DNA from: Turneriella sp.
Lineage (GTDB): Bacteria > Spirochaetota > Leptospiria > Turneriellales > Turneriellaceae
Length of the DNA stretch: 64,000 bases
Assembly: GCA_965279515.1 (NCBI GenBank)
Contig: CBDIID010000003.1
Span: forward strand, 992,001-1,056,000
Direction of reading: 5' to 3'
A program made the position numbers and the translations under genes. Under the pieces are notes generated by a model, which was not told the DNA's origin, made no database searches, and worked only from the letters and a program-made list of their open reading frames with translations. Of this stretch, positions 57,200-64,000 are shown in pieces. Each line of letters opens with the position of its first letter. Position 1 is the stretch's first letter.

Positions 57200-57595
57200 C
57201 TAAAGCTCCTGCCAATGAACACCGCAAACGGAAGTGGTATAGTCGCTGGATTTTTCAAAACCGTCATCACGGGCAAAGGTCAGGGCTATTTTATAGCTTC
57301 GGGTCGTCTTGAACTGGGAAACCAAAGGGCGACAATCCTTTCCTGTACTCCCCCAGATGGTGATGGATTTCCTGTTTTCCCGGCCTTGAAAAACCTGGAT
57401 TATTTCAGCGGTCATGCCGCCCGGCCGCCCGTAACGGTTTTTCTTAAAAGGCACCGGCATAAAACGAATGTGTACCACGAGGTTTGCCTGTTTGGCACTC
57501 GCGGCAAAATCACCGGCAAGCTTACATTCGCACGAGGCTACAGGCATCGCATACGCAACAAAAAAATAAAACGATACGCAAAGACGCAGAACCAT
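57200..57595 (-). CDS. Secreted TIMP/NTR-like (Cys-X-Cys) OB-fold protein
   Basis: Signal peptide then CEC, A.LVV, QVFQG, DC...F...Y and a final C; four Cys in the mature chain. Confidence 0.65.
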   Translation of the reverse strand: MVLRLCVSFYFFVAYAMPVASCECKLAGDFAASAKQANLVVHIRFMPVPFKKNRYGRPGGMTAEIIQVFQGRENRKSITIWGSTGKDCRPLVSQFKTTRSYKIALTFARDDGFEKSSDYTTSVCGVHWQEL

Positions 57596-57626
57596 TAAGG
57601 ATTTACCGGTAGATTTGACTTGCGGG

Positions 57627-58166
57627 CTAGTGACCCGGCTTCAACGCCGCGAGAATGTCCGCTACCGCCATCATCTTCCCCTGCCCTACGTCACCGCAGA
57701 CAGCCTCGCCGTTTGCAGAATCCAGAATGTGATAACCGTAGGATTTTAAAGTTTTCAGATTTGCCTGTGTCGCCGGATGGGAATACATAAAGGGATTCAT
57801 CGCCGGCGCGATAAAGCGCGGACCATCGTAGGCAAGCAGCGTCGCTGTGACGATATCGTCTGCGCGGCCCGCCGCCGCGCGCGCGATCAGGTCGGCGGTT
57901 GCCGGTGCGACCAGCATCAGGTCGGCGCCCGTACGGATGTCGATGTGCGCCATCCCGTGAAGCTGTGAGCCTGTGCTGAGCCCTGCCGAAGCATCGGTGA
58001 TGACCTTCTGCGACGAAAGCGCCTCGAACAATACCGGGTTAATCCATGCCGCCGCGCTGCGTGTCATCGCCACGCGCACCGTGTGCCCTGCCTTCGTAAG
58101 CTCGCGTACGATGTCGCAGGCCTTGTAAATCGCCACCGAGGCACTGATGCCGAGAATAATAGTCAT
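57627..58166 (-). CDS. coaC: Stand-alone phosphopantothenoylcysteine decarboxylase
   Basis: AIYKA, AHI, APATAD, PAMN, VCGDVGQG; no CoaB domain. Confidence 0.88.
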   Translation of the reverse strand: MTIILGISASVAIYKACDIVRELTKAGHTVRVAMTRSAAAWINPVLFEALSSQKVITDASAGLSTGSQLHGMAHIDIRTGADLMLVAPATADLIARAAAGRADDIVTATLLAYDGPRFIAPAMNPFMYSHPATQANLKTLKSYGYHILDSANGEAVCGDVGQGKMMAVADILAALKPGH

Positions 58167-59341
58167 TCTTCCGATTCCTTTTCGATATACTCAAAATTTC
58201 CATTGATGTGCACCGGATCAAAAAACCGCATCGCATCGGTTCGCACCCCCACTTTGCCGTTGTTGAGACTATAACCTTTCAACACGCGCTCTGCTGTGGT
58301 TCGCGAAATCTGGCCGTTGGCAAAAAGCCACGCACTGCGAAAGAAGGCGTGCGCGCGCGCAAAAATTTTTGCTGTGAGCTGCTTGCGGTCGACCTGGCGC
58401 AGGGAATTATCGAGCGGATGCCGGTATTCGCGCACGTCGGCGACCGAAAAAAGCTGGCCCCGATTACCGTTCTGGTACTCGGCATACGAGCGCGCCGGAT
58501 ACAGGAGACTGCTGTTAAAATGCAGCGCGTCGGCACGGCGACGGTTGTAGATCAAACCCCAGTGCGCGAGCCGCGGGTTCTGGAAAATGCGGTTGAATAA
58601 AATCTGTTTTTTATAAGAGCGTAGCGCAATTTTGAACAGCGGGTGTTTGTAAATGCTCGGGGGGATATCCCCCTGGGCACCAAACTCATCGCGCGCGAGA
58701 TTCGGCCACGCGCGCACGAGCGAAAGCGCATAAAAGCCGAGAATGAGGTCACGCCAGCGCGTCGGCAAGGTCATCTTGCGCAGTGCCCGGTACTGCCGCA
58801 GATCAGAACCAATACCGTCGAGGTTGTAGAGGTCGAAAACCGTCTCGACCGCACGGTGCCGCGCCTCGGCGCGCAGTTTTTCAGCGCGGTCTTCGGCATA
58901 ATAGTTCCCCGAGAGAAAATAGACAATCGGGTGAAGAATCGTATCGAGCGCGACGTGGCTTAGGTAGCCGAGCGCAAAGAGCAGCAGGGCGCCGCGCTCT
59001 TCGTGATGGAGCGCCCGCCCCGGCGTCAGCGGCTTTTGCAATTCGGGTGAGTTCAGAATTTCGAGCATGGCGAGAACATGCGCCAGCGAATTTTCACCGT
59101 GCGTGCCGTGTATCAGCTCACCCCAGATAAGTCCGCGGTGTTTGATGCGGAGTTCCCACGGCATACGGACATCGTAATAAAAGATGTCGGGCGATACCGA
59201 ACCGAAGTATAGCGGCTCAGGATGCTTCTCAAAGAGAAAATAAATTTCGCCGCCGATTTTTTTCTTGTAGGCGTTTGTCGACGCGGCCATCGTATGCGCC
59301 GCGCGCTCGGCAAGCAAACAGTGCGTGATTTCCTTGGGCAT
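58163..59341 (-). CDS. Zinc-dependent phospholipase C/S1-P1-like family protein (cytoplasmic)
   Basis: MP...TH, GSVSPDIFYY, H, GYLSHVALD..HP, H...E...D. Confidence 0.8.
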   Translation of the reverse strand: MPKEITHCLLAERAAHTMAASTNAYKKKIGGEIYFLFEKHPEPLYFGSVSPDIFYYDVRMPWELRIKHRGLIWGELIHGTHGENSLAHVLAMLEILNSPELQKPLTPGRALHHEERGALLLFALGYLSHVALDTILHPIVYFLSGNYYAEDRAEKLRAEARHRAVETVFDLYNLDGIGSDLRQYRALRKMTLPTRWRDLILGFYALSLVRAWPNLARDEFGAQGDIPPSIYKHPLFKIALRSYKKQILFNRIFQNPRLAHWGLIYNRRRADALHFNSSLLYPARSYAEYQNGNRGQLFSVADVREYRHPLDNSLRQVDRKQLTAKIFARAHAFFRSAWLFANGQISRTTAERVLKGYSLNNGKVGVRTDAMRFFDPVHINGNFEYIEKESEE

Positions 59342-59375
59342 GCTTCGATACTCAGCAACCAGGTACGGGTGGCGC

Positions 59376-59807
59376 CTACTGCTGCTGGATAAATTCCTTC
59401 AGCATTTCGGCTTCGCGCTCCGTCTTTTTCAACCGGGCGTTAATAATATCATCGAGCGAGATGAGTCCGACCACTTTTTCATCTTGCATCAGCGGCAGAT
59501 GGTGTATGTGTTTCTCTGTCATCACCGAAAGCGCCTGATCGAGGCTGTTTTCTGCGGGAATCGTCGTAATCGTTTTCGACATGATTTCCCAGACTTCGAT
59601 TTTGTTGAGTTGCGTATAACGCTCGGCAACGAGCCGCATCACATCTTTTTCAGTGACAATGCCAACGAGCCCGCCGGCGGGCGTTAAGATCAGGAGCCCG
59701 CTCTCTTTAATGGCAAGCATGTGCTTCACGGCCGTGAGAACACTGTCCGACTGTTTGACGACAGGCATCGGCTCGGCTTTAGCTTGAACGACTGTAAGGA
59801 CGCTCAT
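59376..59807 (-). CDS. CBS-domain protein
   Basis: GIVTEKD, IHHLP...GLISLDD. Confidence 0.92.
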   Translation of the reverse strand: MSVLTVVQAKAEPMPVVKQSDSVLTAVKHMLAIKESGLLILTPAGGLVGIVTEKDVMRLVAERYTQLNKIEVWEIMSKTITTIPAENSLDQALSVMTEKHIHHLPLMQDEKVVGLISLDDIINARLKKTEREAEMLKEFIQQQ

Positions 59808-59815
59808 AACCTTCC

Positions 59816-60943
59816 CTACGGGGTCTTATTCAGGCCGTCAATATATTGATGGTAACGGTCGGCCTCGCCCTTACGCGATGAAAACCCCTTAATCGATACG
59901 CCTATCGCCAGGTCTTGCTCGTTGGTATTGCCGATCCAGGCAATTTCGGTAAACACCGTGATCGGCTGCTGTAGTTTAAAAATCACATCGAAACTAAAAC
60001 CTTTCTGGTGCACGAGAAATTTTTTGAGCTCGGGGTCGGTAAAGATGAGACGCAGGCCGCCACGCGAAATATCGCCGACGGATTGCCGCTTGTTGATGAG
60101 CATGGTATTCGAATCGCGCATCTGGTCGACCATTTCAAACGCCAGCATCTTGAGTTCGAGGGCCGTATCCATACCCAGCTGTTTCTGGTGCGAAATTAAC
60201 TGAATGTAACCCAAGGGCACAGATTCACCGTCATGTCCCAGATAGATGATCGGTACAATCATCTCGGATAGGATTTTCTTCTTTTTATACTCTTCCATGA
60301 CCGAGCCAATCTCGGTATTCAGGTGTTCCCGGTAGTCAACAAAACCATCGATGTCTTCGGGAATATACGACATCAGGTCCTGCGTATCGGTCACCATGAG
60401 AATCTTATGCGTCTTGCGCACGAGCTCTGTCTTCTCATCGCCCTTTTCAAAAATTCTCACTTTCACTTCGTCGGCAAAATCCTTGAGGCGCTGCTGAAAC
60501 TTCTCGAGGTGAATCTTGACCGAAGTCGGCACATTGAAGAGCGAGGCGTTGATGGTATTACGCGCCGCACGGATATTATTGATGACAACAATGTCGGATG
60601 TCATCTTGTAACGGGGCGAACGGCGCTCATTGGTGGCAATCCGCACTTTGATGACGGCAAGTTTGTACTGCGAGTTGATGACCTTCTCGACCACCTCGGC
60701 GTGTATCTCGAGCTGCTTATTAAAGGTGTGGAAAAGCACGATCGGGCCTTCGAGCTCGCGCAGCGAATCAACGATTATAAGATTGGGCTCCCTGAATTCG
60801 AGAATCTTTAATTCGATTTTTTCATAAAAGCCCTTGATGTAAAATGCCTTGCCCGTCGCATACTGCTTGAGCATGGTCGCAAGCTTCGCCGGGTCCTGAA
60901 TGACCTGGTACTTCCGCTCGGTGCGCTCTTTAAAAACGTTCAT
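59816..60943 (-). CDS. DUF1577-like protein with split PilZ motifs
   Basis: ERRSPR and DISRGG separated by a long insert containing IVPI...PLGYIQ. Confidence 0.75.
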   Translation of the reverse strand: MNVFKERTERKYQVIQDPAKLATMLKQYATGKAFYIKGFYEKIELKILEFREPNLIIVDSLRELEGPIVLFHTFNKQLEIHAEVVEKVINSQYKLAVIKVRIATNERRSPRYKMTSDIVVINNIRAARNTINASLFNVPTSVKIHLEKFQQRLKDFADEVKVRIFEKGDEKTELVRKTHKILMVTDTQDLMSYIPEDIDGFVDYREHLNTEIGSVMEEYKKKKILSEMIVPIIYLGHDGESVPLGYIQLISHQKQLGMDTALELKMLAFEMVDQMRDSNTMLINKRQSVGDISRGGLRLIFTDPELKKFLVHQKGFSFDVIFKLQQPITVFTEIAWIGNTNEQDLAIGVSIKGFSSRKGEADRYHQYIDGLNKTP

Positions 60944-63657
60944 CCGGTGAGCGAAGTAAGCATCTGCGCCAAAGCGTCAAGACGGGTATTGTATTCTTTG
61001 AGCTTCTCGCGTTCTGCCTCGACAAGTTCTGCTGGGGCCCGCTCGGCGAACTGCGGTGAATCGAGTTTTGCCTGGGCTCCTTGCTTGCCCTTCTCGATGG
61101 TCTGGATGTCTTTTTCAATGCGCGCCTTTTCACGCGCAAGGTCGATATTCGCCGCCAGGTCGAGATAGATGTCTCCGGTTTTCAGGACCATACGCACCAT
61201 CTTGCCTTCAGGTTTCGTAAAATGTACATCGCCAAGGCGGGCGAGATTCTGCAGAAACGCCTTCTGTTCGCCGATAAATTTTTGCACCTTGGCATCGTTG
61301 AGGGTCAGATAAACGGCAATCCTTGCGCCGGGTTCGACCGAAAGTTCTGCGCGCACCTGTCTGATCTTCGCAGCGACCTCCAGCATCGCCTCTGTTTGGT
61401 TATCAGCCGATGCGATCGCTCCCTGTATGGTGGCGTCGGGCTTAGGCCACGGCGCCACAATCAGCAGCTTCTGATCGCCCGCACCGGGCAGGTAACTTGC
61501 CAGCTCTTCGGTGATAAACGGCATCACGGGATGCAGAATCTTCAATGCCGCCGAAAATACGGTGTAGAGAGTATAGAGCGCACCGGCGCGGAGGTTATCC
61601 TCTTTTAAGGCAACCTTCGTCATTTCGATATACTGGTCGCAGAACGTCTTCCAGAGAAAATCGTAAATCGCCAGCGCATAATCAGAAAAATGAAAACCCG
61701 CCAGCGCGGTATTACATTTCTCAATCGTGCGGTAGAGTTCGCCTAAAACGTAAAGATCGATGGCCGAAAGCGACGGCGCCTTTTCCGGAATTTTATAATC
61801 TTCCGGCGTATTCATCAGCAGGTAGCGCGCCGTATTGTAGATTTTATTGCAGAAGGCCTGGTAACCCTTGAGACGGCTCTCGTCGTAAATAATGTCTTTG
61901 CCGTCGGGCATGATACTCACGAGAAAAAAGCGGAATGCATCGGTACCGTACTCCTCCATCTTTTCCAGGGGATTCACGACATTGCCTTTTGATTTCGACA
62001 TCTTCTGCCGGCTGGCATCGCGCACCAGCGAATGGATCAGCACCTTGTCGAACGGGGTTCTTTTCATGAAGTGCATACCCATCATCAGCATGCGCGAAAC
62101 CCAGAAGAAGATGATATCAAAACCCGTAACGAGCGTGGAGGTCGGATAAAAATTCTTCAGCATGTCGCTTTCAGGCACTTTACCTTCGGGCCAGAGAGCA
62201 TCGATCTTGGCGATATCCGCCGGCATCAGTGTCGAGAAAGGCCACAGCGCCGAAGAGAACCAGGTATCGAGCACATCCTTATCGCGTGTCAGGTTTTTTG
62301 ACTTGCAGTGCGGGCATTCCGTCGGATCAACCATGGTGACGGAAACTTTTTCGCAAGCCCCGCAATACCACGCGGGTATCTGGTGGCCCCACCACAGTTG
62401 GCGGCTGATACACCAGTCTTCGATTTTGTTCATCCAGTCGAAAAACAGGTTTTCCCAGCGTTTGGGATAAAACTCCGTCGCACCGGATTTAACAGCTTCC
62501 GTTGCCTTATCTGCCAGTGGACGAACCTTGACGAACCACTGCATCGACAACCGCGGCTCAACAATCGCACCCGAGCGGTATGAATGGCCGACGCTGTGTT
62601 TGATGGATTCGATTTTCTCGATCATGCCTGCCGCTTCCATGTCGGCGACAATTTTCTTGCGGCACTCTTCGCGGCTGAGGCCCTTGTATGGCCCGGCGTT
62701 CTCGTTCATATGCGCCGACTCGGTCATCACATTGGTCAATGGCAACTTATGGCGCACGCCCATGGCGAAGTCGTTAAAATCGTGGGCAGGCGTCACCTTA
62801 ACTACGCCCGTACCAAAATCCTTATCCACCGCTTCGTCGAACACAAACGGAATTTTTTTGTCGATGAACGGAACCAGCGCGAATTTTCCTTTAAGCGCCG
62901 CATACCTTTCATCCGAGGGGTGCACAGCCAGGCCTTCATCGCCTAAAATTGTTTCAGGGCGTGTCGTCGCCACGACTACATAGGCATTACCCTCATGCGT
63001 CGCACCCTCGAGCGGATAACGCACAAAATAGAGGCTGCCGTTTATCTCGCGGTGCTCCACTTCAATATTCGAAAGCGCCGTCTTGTCCTTTGGGCACCAG
63101 TTAATCATGCGCTCGCCGCGGTAAATGAGGCCTTCGTTATAGAGCTGCACAAACACGCGGCGAACGATGTGGCTCAGGCCCTCATCCATCGTAAAACGCT
63201 CCATCTGCCAGTCGACGCTCTCGCCGAGCTGCCGCATCTGGTGCGTGATCATGCCACCCGACTCGGCCTTCCACTGCCACACGCGTTCTTCAAATTTTTC
63301 GCGGCCTAAATCTTCACGGCGGATGCCCTCTTTTGCCAGCAGCCGCTCGACCACGTTCTGCGTGGCAATACCCGCGTGGTCGGTACCTGGCACCCAAAGC
63401 GCGGCCTTGCCGCGCATGCGCTCATAACGTATCAGAATGTCCTGCAAGGTGTGGTTGAGGGCATGCCCCAGGTGCAGCGAGCCCGTCACATTGGGGGGAG
63501 GAATTACAATGCTGTAACAATCTTCGGGACGCAGGGATTCATCCCCCTTGCCCGTATTATTTCTATAGTTAAAAAAACCGTCTTTTTCCCACCGCGCATA
63601 CCATTTTTCCTGCAGCCCTTGCGGGTTATACAGCTTATCGAGTTCACGCAGCGCCAT
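60940..63657 (-). CDS. valS: Valine-tRNA ligase
   Basis: PPPNVTGSLHLGH, DWCISRQLWWGH, KMSKS, C-terminal coiled coil; ATG 63657 preferred over the 66-codon upstream extension. Confidence 0.98.
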   Translation of the reverse strand: MALRELDKLYNPQGLQEKWYARWEKDGFFNYRNNTGKGDESLRPEDCYSIVIPPPNVTGSLHLGHALNHTLQDILIRYERMRGKAALWVPGTDHAGIATQNVVERLLAKEGIRREDLGREKFEERVWQWKAESGGMITHQMRQLGESVDWQMERFTMDEGLSHIVRRVFVQLYNEGLIYRGERMINWCPKDKTALSNIEVEHREINGSLYFVRYPLEGATHEGNAYVVVATTRPETILGDEGLAVHPSDERYAALKGKFALVPFIDKKIPFVFDEAVDKDFGTGVVKVTPAHDFNDFAMGVRHKLPLTNVMTESAHMNENAGPYKGLSREECRKKIVADMEAAGMIEKIESIKHSVGHSYRSGAIVEPRLSMQWFVKVRPLADKATEAVKSGATEFYPKRWENLFFDWMNKIEDWCISRQLWWGHQIPAWYCGACEKVSVTMVDPTECPHCKSKNLTRDKDVLDTWFSSALWPFSTLMPADIAKIDALWPEGKVPESDMLKNFYPTSTLVTGFDIIFFWVSRMLMMGMHFMKRTPFDKVLIHSLVRDASRQKMSKSKGNVVNPLEKMEEYGTDAFRFFLVSIMPDGKDIIYDESRLKGYQAFCNKIYNTARYLLMNTPEDYKIPEKAPSLSAIDLYVLGELYRTIEKCNTALAGFHFSDYALAIYDFLWKTFCDQYIEMTKVALKEDNLRAGALYTLYTVFSAALKILHPVMPFITEELASYLPGAGDQKLLIVAPWPKPDATIQGAIASADNQTEAMLEVAAKIRQVRAELSVEPGARIAVYLTLNDAKVQKFIGEQKAFLQNLARLGDVHFTKPEGKMVRMVLKTGDIYLDLAANIDLAREKARIEKDIQTIEKGKQGAQAKLDSPQFAERAPAELVEAEREKLKEYNTRLDALAQMLTSLTG

Positions 63658-64000
63658 AGGGTAAACCTGAGGGACGACTCGTCCCGAAAACCACAAGACA
63701 CCGCGGCAGACCATTTCTGGCCCCATTGAATTCTCTGATACATTACAGATTAACACGTAGAAAGCTAGGTGAAAACACATAGATAAGCCGGTGGTGATAT
63801 TTTTTTTTGGCGTGCATCCCCCACATTTCCCCGTTGAAATAGTATATTCAATCACTGCAGAATTTTAAGGAATAGATGCCATTTTTTACCGGGGCAACAA
63901 TACGACAAAACGCTATTCGGGGCGACTCGTATTCAAATTTGAACTTTTACATTAAGGTGTATCCGATCGGTATGGACAGGCCCAAAACATCAAAATCCGC

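Noticed and set aside
63658..63855. 66-codon N-terminal extension of valS, or a T-box leader
   Set aside because: ValS similarity starts at MALRELDK. The leader has only a short GGGACGA/TCGTCCC hairpin, with no TGGNACC T-box bulge and no terminator.
63972..64000. Possible start of a divergent plus-strand gene (MDRPKTSKS...)
   Set aside because: Only nine codons are visible at the window edge, which is not enough to support a call.

Overview
A gene-dense 64 kb bacterial chromosome segment. The gene content suggests a Leptospiraceae spirochaete, possibly Turneriella-like; this is inferred from the spirochaetal lipoboxes, a DUF1577-type PilZ-like protein, a barrel-SppA fusion and an oversized LptA-like lipoprotein. 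About 60 CDS can be supported, mostly housekeeping: mqnC, sppA, a PPK2-type pap, gap, rppH, rpiB, htpX, ftsH, ppx, tsaD, holA, ndh, mtnP, pepA, hemW, apt, rfaD, coaC and valS. No rRNA, tRNA, CRISPR array, integrase or transposase was seen. The best candidate for an undescribed system is a four-gene cell-envelope module at 3831-11485. It encodes a secreted FecR-domain protein with a large helical insert, a 1396-aa lipoprotein with two near-symmetric 7-repeat Asp-box propellers, a small SLH-like periplasmic protein and an outer-membrane barrel, with no ECF sigma factor or TonB-dependent receptor in the window. Other notable items: an apparently nuclease-dead HNH/His-Cys homing-endonuclease homologue between fadD and gap; a POTRA-less Omp85-like barrel; a pentapeptide-repeat + GyrI-like + MarR islet bounded by a decayed EamA fragment; a TIMP-like Cys-X-Cys secreted protein; an orphan pseudopilin triplet; a double 12-18 bp palindromic operator inside a sigma70 promoter; and several unrelated REP/MITE-like structured intergenic elements. 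All family assignments come from reading motifs by eye; no searches were run.
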